DNA from: Octopus sinensis | Taxonomy: Eukaryota | Direction: 5' to 3' | Length of the DNA: 64,000 bases | Assembly (NCBI RefSeq): GCF_006345805.1 | Contig: NC_043004.1 | Location: forward strand, 70,742,001-70,806,000 | Shown here: piece by piece, positions 40,101 to 47,615 of the stretch | Layout: the number at the start of each line of letters is the position of its first letter | Numbering within the stretch: the first letter of the stretch is position 1 | Translations under genes and position numbers: made by a program | Notes under the pieces: generated by a model | The model's database searches: none | What the model saw: the letters and a program-made list of their open reading frames with translations, nothing else | Told to the model about the DNA's origin: nothing

Positions 40101-41981
40101 AGGAAGGTTTCTAAGTGCTTCATTGTGGTCCAACCACTGCGAAGAACGTTTTTTATTATTGTACAGAATCTACTTTGCATCACAAGTTACAATATGGTTG
40201 AGAAATGGACTGGTCTGGTTACAGAGAAGAAGTGACGAGCAAATTTCATACCTGCGCATTTTCTGATTTTCATTCAAATTGTGTGGTACCCATTGTTGAG
40301 CTTTTTTGATTTTCCAATCGCATGCAAATGGTTGCAGGCAGTTTTCTGGCTAACTTGAAGTTCTTTTGCCAGTTCTCGGGTGGTTTTACGTGGATCTTTC
40401 TCAATGACAGTTTTTAATTGACCATCATCAATGACAGATGGGCATCCACTATGCTCATGATCTTCTGGTCTGCACTGCAAAGTCATTTAAACCATTTTCA
40501 AGCTGACCACTCACTGGTCATTTCCTCACCAAACATTTCACTCATATCACAAGCAGTTTCAGCTGCTTTATGTCCTTTTTTGAAACTGAATAGCAAAATT
40601 GCTCAAATATTGCACTTTGACAGTTCTATTTCAGATGATTGTAACAACAGTGAAAAAGATATCAATAATAATTTATTGATGCATTTAGGCAAGTCTACGT
40701 CTGTATTATCAGACAATTGCAAAAAATATGTTAAAAAAAACTTCAAAACTTTGCACAAAAATCCGGTACAAATTCTTCATGGTTTAAAACGTTGCTTACT
40801 TTTTATTCAACCCGATATATATATATTAGAAGGTTTGGAGATGATGTACAGGTATTATATATTAGAAGAAATGAAGTACTCAGAAATCTGGATGGTTTTA
40901 TATTTACAGATATTTATTAGAATGTTACATGTTTTTATAAATCATATATCATATATTAGCGCTTTTGTCCACGCTAGAGAAGTTTTCAAATTTCAGGAAT
41001 TTTGTCTCTTTTTAAAGTATTATTGAGTGTGTAGGGGTGGGGAGAGATATAAGATAGTACAAGAGGGTGAGGAATTGGGAGAAAGTGAGAGAGAGCGCGC
41101 ATGTGTGTGTGTGTGTGTATGTTTGTATCTGATACAAAAACACACATGCGTGCGCTCTCTCTCTCTCTCATTTTCTACTATCTTATATCTCTCCCCACCC
41201 CTACACACTCAATAATACGATAAAAAGAGACAAAATTCCGGCAAAAGTTCAATTTGAAAACTCCACTAGAGTCGACAAAAGCACTAATATATGATATATG
41301 ATTTATAAAAAACATGTAAAGTTTCCACTTGTTCTGATTTAGCATCAAGTTCTGACAATATTTTATCCGACTCGTGGCCGATGCCAGCGCCGCCTTGACT
41401 GGCTTCCGTGCCGGTGGCACGTAAAATGCACCAATCCGACCGTGGCCGTTGCAGGTGGCACGTAAAAAGCACCCACTACACTCACGGAGTGGTTGGCGTT
41501 AGGAAGGGCATCCAGCTGTAGAAACATTGCCAGATAAGACTGGAGCCTGGTGCAGCCTTCTGGCTTCCCAGATCCCCGGTCGAACCGTCCAACCCATGCT
41601 AGCATGGAGAACGGACGTTAAACGATGATGATGATGATGATGATGTAACATACCAATAAATATCTGTAAATATAAAACCATCCAGATTTCTGAGTACCTC
41701 ATTTCTTCTTATATATATATATATATATACATGCATGCAAGTATGGTGCCTAGGGCAAGTGTCTTCTACAGTCTTCTACTACTATAGCACTGGGCCAACC
41801 AAACCCTTAGAATGGAGTTTAGATGCAGTGTTATAAAGAAACAATATTATTGGATAAAGGACCTTTACTTAAAAGACCACGACTGACTTACTTTACAGAT
41901 GTTTTCAGCTTCTTCATAATTTTTATTCTTCAAGGCTTCACGTGCTGCCTTTAGCTTACTTTTGATTTCCTTATTGTCCAT
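371..41981 (-). CDS. SKIC3: SKI complex TPR subunit (TTC37/SKI3), exons 1-18 of the coding region; gene continues beyond left edge
   Basis: 18 GT-AG exons splice in consistent phase to 631 aa starting [45 protein letters not shown]...PDQVLAWQG and containing [25 protein letters not shown] and [19 protein letters not shown]. These match human TTC37 as recalled (MSSKEVKTALKSARDAI.., [47 protein letters not shown]). Confidence 0.95.
577..761 (-). mobile_element. ~185-bp mariner-derived MITE, same family as 52790-53707
   Basis: Both ends match the reverse complement of the 52790 and 53707 termini. Confidence 0.65.
1634..1741 (-). CDS. SKIC3: SKIC3 coding exon 17 ([14 protein letters not shown]...[12 protein letters not shown])
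   Basis: ttgcag|t ... tt|gtaagt; 108 nt, phase 2-2. Confidence 0.96.
1843..2240. repeat. Minisatellite, ~32-bp unit (gatcaagcagacctatgatccatggatgtctt), ~12 copies
   Basis: Repeated gatcaa-cag-tc motif; 160-bp higher-order period (1996 vs 2156). Confidence 0.85.
2579..2631 (-). CDS. SKIC3: SKIC3 coding exon 16 ([18 protein letters not shown])
   Basis: ttccag|gag ... gg|gtaagt; 53 nt, phase 0-2. Confidence 0.9.
3405..3660 (+). mobile_element. SINE family B (other copies: 10350-10510, 13665-13890, 23190-23370, 27905-28100, 33000-33215, 45680-45820, 48230-48830, 49845-49995, 50405-50550)
   Basis: Shared gctggcagaatcgttagc...gagttcaaattccgccgaggtcgactttgcctttcatcctttcggggtcgataaattaagtaccag. 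Confidence 0.82.
3939..4044 (-). CDS. SKIC3: SKIC3 coding exon 15 ([25 protein letters not shown]...GD)
   Basis: ttacag|a ... gat|gtaagt; 106 nt, phase 2-0. Confidence 0.95.
4098..6900 (-). mobile_element. RTE-clade LINE, 5'-truncated, frameshifted (RT + PHD-like finger + long 3' UTR + (GAT)n tail)
   Basis: ORF pieces 6433-6672, 6060-6470, 5710-6033, 5125-5379, 4706-5128 give [52 protein letters not shown] and [11 protein letters not shown]...GRGRPRKTW; (atc)n at 4098-4130. Confidence 0.93.
7157..8289 (+). mobile_element. RTE-clade LINE internal RT fragment, degenerate
   Basis: ORFs 7207-7632 and 7740-8117 ([31 protein letters not shown]); opposite orientation to the 4098-6900 copy. Confidence 0.92.
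8291..8725. mobile_element. Second inverted dimer of the same tRNA-headed hammerhead element
   Basis: Left arm 8291-8439 (-, truncated), right arm 8487-8725 (+). Confidence 0.8.
8734..8813 (-). CDS. SKIC3: SKIC3 coding exon 14 ([27 protein letters not shown])
   Basis: ttttag|gct ... gg|gtgagt; 80 nt, phase 0-2. Confidence 0.95.
9445..9589 (-). CDS. SKIC3: SKIC3 coding exon 13 ([11 protein letters not shown]...LGRIYWQL...KSFLQ)
   Basis: tcatag|a ... cag|gtacct; 145 nt, phase 2-0. Confidence 0.92.
9690..10110. repeat. Tandem amplification (4-5x) of a SINE internal segment plus (TG)n
   Basis: Repeated cttgcttgaatttggtagatggaaactgtgtggaagcctgt(gt)n. Confidence 0.85.
12491..12591 (-). CDS. SKIC3: SKIC3 coding exon 12 ([34 protein letters not shown])
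   Basis: ttgaag|gag ... aa|gtgagt; 101 nt, phase 0-2; TPR helix pattern. Confidence 0.9.
13993..14070 (-). CDS. SKIC3: SKIC3 coding exon 11 ([26 protein letters not shown])
   Basis: ttttag|acg ... gag|gtaagt; 78 nt, phase 0-0. Confidence 0.87.
14130..14455 (+). mobile_element. Short RTE 3'-end copy (one of ~20 in the window; others e.g. 776-900, 1300-1485, 14660-15080, 16565-16890, 21105-21270, 23830-24025, 26915-27080, 29490-29755, 33585-33950, 34640-34790, 38810-39050, 41370-41645, 47790-47935, 49330-49465, 51700-51840)
   Basis: Shared motif gagtggttggcgttaggaagggcatccagctgtagaaac...catgctagcatggaaagcggacgttaaacgatgatg, the same motif as the 3' end of the long RTE copies. Confidence 0.88.
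18407..18441 (-). ncRNA. Degenerate minimal hammerhead motif (G12 changed to U)
   Basis: GUUU-CUGAAGA-A-GAGC[uuu]GCUC-UAAA-cg-U-U-AAAC. Confidence 0.5.
18796..18941 (-). CDS. SKIC3: SKIC3 coding exon 10 ([12 protein letters not shown]...VKLLID)
   Basis: tttcag|ga ... gac|gtaagt; 146 nt, phase 1-0. Confidence 0.85.
19083..20387 (-). mobile_element. Degenerate mariner element interrupted by a SINE
   Basis: Imperfect TIRs (tgaggtggtgttaaaaagttcc / ggactttttggtaacaccata); C-terminal [14 protein letters not shown] on the minus strand near 19570-19630. Confidence 0.78.
19112..19528 (-). mobile_element. ~400-bp tRNA-derived SINE, family A (other copies: 28573-28981 -, 29006-29230 +, 30893-31303 -, 32563-32985 -, 34815-35240 +, 36548-36945 -, 37808-38228 -, 39130-39440 +, 50615-51010 -, 57860-58230 +, 59575-59940 +)
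   Basis: Head gcgcaggagtggctgtgtggtaagtagc...ggttcagtccc (A/B boxes), internal (TA)/(TG)n tract, tail gactgaaacaagtaaaagag. Confidence 0.88.
21601..21702 (-). CDS. SKIC3: SKIC3 coding exon 9 ([17 protein letters not shown]...SNI-G)
   Basis: ttcaag|gt ... g|gtaagt; 102 nt, phase 1-1. Confidence 0.88.
22232..22572 (+). mobile_element. Non-autonomous Helentron/DINE-like element (second copy 38271-38582)
   Basis: Two ~320-340-bp copies; 5' acctccaccaagg and 3' hairpin cctccacctt-cgct-aaggtg(g)agg sharing the acctccacc motif. Confidence 0.5.
22571..22670. repeat. (AAT)n/(GAT)n microsatellite
   Basis: Direct reading. Confidence 0.95.
23526..23678 (-). CDS. SKIC3: SKIC3 coding exon 8 ([22 protein letters not shown]...HFRE-G)
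   Basis: tgacag|ga ... g|gtttgt; 153 nt, phase 1-1. Confidence 0.88.
24135..26598 (-). mobile_element. RTE-clade LINE, 5'-truncated; 347-aa RT ORF with catalytic YADD changed to YADV
   Basis: ORF 25314-26357; 3' UTR ending in (GAT)n at 24135. Confidence 0.93.
26711..26822 (-). CDS. SKIC3: SKIC3 coding exon 7 ([11 protein letters not shown]...LDSKI-G)
   Basis: ttctag|aat ... g|gtcagt; 112 nt, phase 0-1. Confidence 0.82.
27085..27900. repeat. Minisatellite (atacaggtgtcagggataatggataacac-like) split by a SINE at ~27205-27505
   Basis: Repeated tacaggtgtc(a) units on both sides of the SINE. Confidence 0.8.
30651..30746 (-). CDS. SKIC3: SKIC3 coding exon 6 (LISNYRKAL...YIFSLLK)
   Basis: ttccaag|ctt ... 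aag|gtaagt; 96 nt open, phase 0-0. Confidence 0.85.
32393..32521 (-). CDS. SKIC3: SKIC3 coding exon 5 (AVPVYQKLV...EQYGNV)
   Basis: ttacag|gct ... gtt|gtgagt; 129 nt open, phase 0-0. Confidence 0.85.
34491..34563 (-). CDS. SKIC3: SKIC3 coding exon 4 ([25 protein letters not shown])
   Basis: ttttag|t ... aag|gtgagt; 73 nt, phase 2-0. Confidence 0.88.
36299..36390 (-). CDS. SKIC3: SKIC3 coding exon 3 (GLCSFYEK...LQVLYE)
   Basis: ttacag|ggt ... ag|gtatgt; 92 nt, phase 0-2. Confidence 0.92.
39536..39679 (-). CDS. SKIC3: SKIC3 coding exon 2 ([15 protein letters not shown]...PDQVLAWQ)
   Basis: ttctag|gtc ... cag|gtagt; 144 nt, phase 0-0; TPR motif. Confidence 0.95.
39880..40817 (-). mobile_element. 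Mariner transposase remnant (3'-truncated)
   Basis: Translations [70 protein letters not shown]; TIR-like tatcgggttgaataaaaagtaagc at the 40817 end. Confidence 0.88.
40861..41711. repeat. Fold-back palindrome with ~270-bp arms, centre 41130, right arm split by an insertion containing an RTE 3' end
   Basis: 40861-41129 is the reverse complement of 41131-41320 plus 41645-41711; TA at both ends. Confidence 0.85.
41892..41981 (-). CDS. SKIC3: SKIC3 coding exon 1 ([30 protein letters not shown])
   Basis: tttcag|ATG at 41981; donor aaa|gtaagt; 90 nt, phase 0. Confidence 0.92.
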
Positions 41982-42561
41982 CTGAAACAACAATAATAAC
42001 AATAATAATAATAATAATTTTGTGAGGCTGGTGGAGATGTTTGATCAAATTGATCCGTGTACTTAAGTAATACCCAGTATCCAAATAAGCTATGGTGGAA
42101 TTTGAACTCAGAATGCAAAAGCCAGGAAAATACTGCACGGCATCCAGTTTGTTGTTCTTGCAGTTCTGCCAACCCACAGTCTTTGATTGGAAATTTTTAT
42201 ATCAACCCTGAAAGGATGAAAGGCAAAGTTGACCTCAGCAGAGGATTGGAATATATGCCATAAAGCATTTGGTCCAAAACTCACATGAATCCAAAACAAA
42301 CATAAGAATACATGGCAGTGATTGAAGCAGAAGTCAAGGGTCAGAAGACATTTAATAACCCCTTAACATCATCTGAATCTTTTCAGTGAGACATAATTCA
42401 TTGCCTGGTTTAGTTCAACATGACCACCACCTGGTCCTTTGATGACATTAGTGAGGTCCCATTTGTCACAAGCTTTTGGACTTATGTTGAAATTAAAGAG
42501 GAAATCCTGAGCAAAGAATATGTCAAAATGGTTGCTGCATGTTTATTATTATTATTTTTGA

Positions 42562-43274
42562 TCACCCGGGATCAAAAATAATAATAATAAACCAGCCTGG
42601 GGGATACAAACAAGTGTGTGGAAAACGAATATGAAAAAATATGCATGCTGACGAGGTGGGGAGGGGACTTTTGGAAAATTCACAAGATCTGATTTTTCCA
42701 TCATAACTTTGGATAAAATGGATATATATTGATTTCTTTTTACGGAATCCCATATTTTTGTTTATGGAGGATCCAATTCTGAAAAAAAAATTTTCAAAAA
42801 TCACATTTTTAAAATTTCAATCCGCTCGCCCCCACCTCACTTTTCACTTTTTCTGGAATTTTTTTTTTTTTGCAAAATACATAGAAAAATGCGAAAATTA
42901 CGATTCTGAAAAAAATTTGTTTGTAAAATTTCAATTTTTCAAAAGGAAAAAAAAAAAGAATATATACCCTCGGACCTTCAAGCAGGCTATCCACATGCTA
43001 GAAACAACAGCCAAATCTCACAAAACTGCAATAACATAATGAAATTTTGAAAATTTGTTTTTCAGAATTGGATAATCCATAACCAAAAACGTGGGATTCC
43101 ATTTTTAAAAAATCAATATATATCCATTTTACCCAAATTTATGATGGAAAAATCGGATCCTGTGAATGTTCTGAAAGTACCCTTGCCACCCCAGGGTCCT
43201 CAGCATGGATTTTATTTTTCATATTCGTTTTCCACACACTTGTTTGTATTTATTATTTTTTTGTTCCCTGGTGA
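42562..43274. mobile_element. ~710-bp MITE-like element with ~240-bp imperfect TIRs
   Basis: 42562-42810 pairs with 43040-43274; termini tcacc...ggtga. Confidence 0.75.
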
Positions 43275-44461
43275 AGGTCTTTATATTGACCGCTTGATGT
43301 GAGGCTGCATGCGTGACATGAGGTAAACAAAGTATACTATAATGTGAGCCAAAAAGCGCGGAAATTCCCTGTAGTATCAGTGGTACCCATCATGTGTGTG
43401 TTTGTATGTCTGTTTGTCCCCAGCCCCCAACATCACTTGACAACTGATGCTGGTCTGTTTAAGTCTCTGTAACTTAGCAGTTTGGCAAAAGAGACCAATA
43501 GAATAAGTACTAGGCTTACAAAGAATAAGTCCTGCGATCGATTTGCTCAACCAAAGGCAGTGCTCCAGTATGGCCGCAGTCAGATGACTGAAACGAGTAA
43601 AGAATAATATGTCTTGACATACTGTATGATTGGACCCAGTTTGGACCAGTCTTATCCAGCACATCATGCCAACAATCATCATAATCATTCGTCATCATCT
43701 TCATGAGATGCAACAACTTGAGATCAGGCTTCACCAACTTCGTCCCAAGTTTTTCTCAGTTTCTCTTGGCACTTTCTCACACAACTACCATCTTCCATTT
43801 ACATCATAGCCTTCTCTCTTGCATACTATATCTGATTCCTCTAATACCCAGCTTTTCTCCCAACTCATCAGTATTCCGTTGTTATGCATATTAACATTAC
43901 ATAAACAGGAAAGCATGCTTGCTTCATTCTCCACTAGTCTTTAAAAATCCTTTGCATTTCAGACCCATGTCTCACTACCATGCAGCATCACATTTCACAC
44001 ATAAGCATCTTAAAATCTGTCCTTCATTTGTTGCCAGCAGAGGTAATATCTCCTTGAACTTTTTCTAACATATTCTTACTCTGACTACTATGATTCTTGA
44101 TCACCTACTCCTACATAACAGAAACTGCTAGCTACTGTCATGGACCCACCTAAGCATGTAGGAGTATGCATTCATGCATGCATACATACCAAAAGAACTT
44201 CGACTCCAACTCCTCTACTATTGGCACCTCCGACTCCTCTTTATGTAATTAAGTGATTGTGGTCTGCATATCCCATAAAGCATATGCATACGCTTGTACT
44301 TTGAGTAGGCCTCTATGTTATAACTGGTTGATATTAAAGAATAAAGATATTGCGAGTTAGAGTCGGTATGGTTTTACCAACTCTGATTCCAACTATCCCT
44401 TAATAGTTTCTGACTCTGATTCCATGACTACGACTCTAACTCCACAGCCCTGATACATACA

Positions 44462-44597
44462 TATAGTTATGGCTGGTGTATAGGATTACTCTGAGTTTCA
44501 CATCCATAAAGTGCTTAGGGTCTGAAGAAACACTATAAAGCTGAGCGCTTTATGGACATGAAACCCAGGGTAACCCCATAGACTGGCCATAACTATA
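44462..44597. mobile_element. ~135-bp hairpin MITE-like element
   Basis: ~57-bp imperfect inverted arms (tatagttatggc...) with ~25-bp spacer. Confidence 0.65.
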
Positions 44598-44661
44598 TTC
44601 TGCTGCTCTATATCTTAGAGTGTGCTTCTTTTTCAGATTTATGATTTACTGATGATGATCC

Positions 44662-44702
<41 letters not shown>

Positions 44703-46556
44703 CCCATGTTGTCCGTCATCATTAGTTTTACGACACCGCTTTTTACATACTAACTTGGGTTCAATGATTTTTCTAAGGCAGTGTTTTACGGCTGGATGCC
44801 CTTCTTATAGCCAACCCTTTTAAAGTCCCCCTTTTGCGTGGTGTCCCTATTCTAAAACCAGCTACGCAGTATACACATATCATCTGCTCACACACACATA
44901 TCCACCTCCACTATTCACAATATGGTTCCTATTGTGATGTCGATCACATTACAATATTTTTAATAACTCAGAGGAGAAAGAACATCAATTATAAATCAAG
45001 AACATCAATCATAATCGTAATCGAGACTGGTCAGAGGAATGGAAAAAGTTATGTTTTAGACCGAACACCTAACCCGGGAGCAGAACTTTCTGCTCCGGCC
45101 GAGGTGCTCGGTCTAAAGAGCCCGATAGTGATATTAAAAAGGCAACGAATTAGTGTCCGCTCAAAGCAGGAGCATCCCTGCGTATGGTTTCCAGAAAGTT
45201 TCTAATAAATTTTACCCACGGAACATTCACTCAACTTGAAGCTATGCTAGGAGACTCTTTGTCCCAAGTAGCACACAGTAGAATCGAACTTCTTAACCAC
45301 AGAGTTATGCCCGAGTCCATTCTAGACATAAGACTACTGGATTCTTCTAGAAGAGTTGATTACATTGCATGGCACGTTACGTCACTGTCTGAGAAATGCA
45401 AAACAGCTGCGTAAGCAAAACAAACAGCCGCCAGTAGGATTCGAACCCGAAAACTTGGCTGGACAGATGGAACATTAACCGGTTGAGTAAGGCTGATTGA
45501 AATCAACGAAATAAGTAAAATCGGGTGATAATAAAATCAATAGATTTTAACAAATCGATTATGAACAAACAAGAATTGTTTGATGAATGATTAAAATAAA
45601 GAGAAAAATAATGACAATTCTTTTTACTAAAGGAACAATGCTTAAAATTTTGGAAGAGAAGGAGATCGATGACAGACCCCCAGTGCGCGACTGGTATTGA
45701 TTTTACTGACCCCGAAAGGATAAGGTCGACCTCGGTGGAATTTGAACTCAAAACGTAAAGCCGGACAAAATACCACTGAGCATTTTGTCCGGCATGTTAA
45801 TGATTTTGCGAGCTTGCAAAAAAAAATAAAGGATCAAAAAGATGCAAGGAAGAATTAGGATGCAACAAAGGGAGGCTGTGATTGGAGATTAGGTTTATAT
45901 TTACCTTTCAGTAATTAGGAAAGAAGGGAGAGAGAGAAGGGATTCGAACCGGGTGTCACTCCCTCATTTCTCCATCAAAATAAACGTGGACAATCGCTTG
46001 GAAAAGGAAACTAACTTTAACCGGAAACTCTACACCGGAAACTATAACGAGTTGTCGCCCTTTAATATGCAAACATGAAAATAATAATAATAGATTGATT
46101 TTCTCCTTTCCCTTTTTGTTTTCCTAAAGTCAGGTATACTATGGAAGCAGCTAAGAGACATAAAATTGTTATCTGCAGTAATATCGATTTTCTTGCGATA
46201 AAGTCTTACTGTTCGTCTTCTGATATATATATAGATATATATTTAGGTTTGGTCATGCAAACAGGAAAACAGAACTCAGTATATGAATCGCTTATCTTTT
46301 ATCTTTTACTTGTTTCAGTCATTAGACGGCGACCATGCTGGAGCACCATCTTGAAGAATTTTTGGTCAAATGAATCGACCCCCCCCCCCCCGCCGTTCTT
46401 GATTTTGTTAAGCCTGGTACTTATTATATCTGACTCTTTTGCCGAACCGCTAATTTACAGGGACGTAAGCACACCAACACCAGCTGTCAAGCAGTGCCAG
46501 GGGACAGACACAGACACAAAGACACAAACATTGATACATGTGTACATATATATGTA

Positions 46557-46608
<52 letters not shown>

Positions 46609-47112
46609 TATATATATAAAACAATACAAAAGGGGAACGTAAAACATCCAGACATTTCAGTGATACAAAAAAGGGACAACAAAACATCCAGATAGACGAT
46701 ACAAAGAAAACAAGGATGGATCATTCGGAGTTTTCTTTCCTCAGTCGAGTTCCAGATTATCTTTGCAATTTCGGCTGGTTATACTCGAGATTGCTCCAAT
46801 CTGGCCTGCCCCAAGGAAAAACTAAGCTAAGAGCATTAGATTCCTTGGAAGAAAGCAGCAAATGTATACGAAAACAAGGACAGGAAGAAAAAAAACGGAG
46901 AATGTTAAACAAATACAAGAGAAACCTGTTAATGCTGTTAATGAACAATTATTAACTTCCTAATCTCCATTTTCTTTTCTTCTGTCAAGTGAATATAAAC
47001 TATGTTTTTATATATACCTATTAGTTTTAGGAAATTCATTCCCCAAAATACTAGGTATTGAACCAGTATTTCCTTGGATGAAACCATCCATTCATGAGGT
47101 TTACTCATCCTC

Positions 47113-47150
<38 letters not shown>

Positions 47151-47447
47151 TGAGTTGAATTGAGCAAACACTATATGAGAGAGGTTTTCTTTAAGTATTA
47201 GAAATAGTTTTTAAAAAGTTTTTTAGCTGCTATTTCTAATGAGTTCAGTATGCGGCAAAGTAATTTATTTTACTAAGCCCTTTTATATAATGTAATAATT
47301 TATATATATATATGTATATGTATACATACGTTAAACCCTCCTTCTTTCCTTCTTTCCTGAGCGTCCAATAATACTATACTTGTTCCACGTCCTAACGTTG
47401 TTGTGTTTTCTCTTTGTGTTTTCATGTTTGGATTAACTTATATATAT

Positions 47448-47485
<38 letters not shown>

Positions 47486-47579
47486 AGGGGAGAGTTCACA
47501 AAAAAAAACAAAAGACGAAGACAGGTGGTGTACAAAACAAACAGATGTATTAGTATAACGCTCAGGAATAGAAAAAAGT

Positions 47580-47615
47580 CTTTTACGTTTCGAGCCTACA
47601 CTCTTCTACAGAAAG
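47580..47615 (-). ncRNA. Degenerate minimal hammerhead motif (A6 changed to U)
   Basis: CUUU-CUGUAGA-A-GAGU[guag]GCUC-GAAA-cg-U-A-AAAG. Confidence 0.5.

Noticed and set aside
40418-41026. 202-aa plus-strand ORF
   Set aside because: Antisense to a mariner remnant plus a palindrome arm; no protein signature.
45068-45075. CCTAACCC, a possible telomerase RNA template
   Set aside because: An 8-nt match is expected by chance; it sits in a hairpin, and no pseudoknot, CR4/5 or H/ACA elements were recognised.
46630-46930. CUGAGGA...GAA motifs in the repeat shared with 14460-14620, considered as a hammerhead
   Set aside because: Stems I and II could not be paired convincingly and A15.1 is missing.
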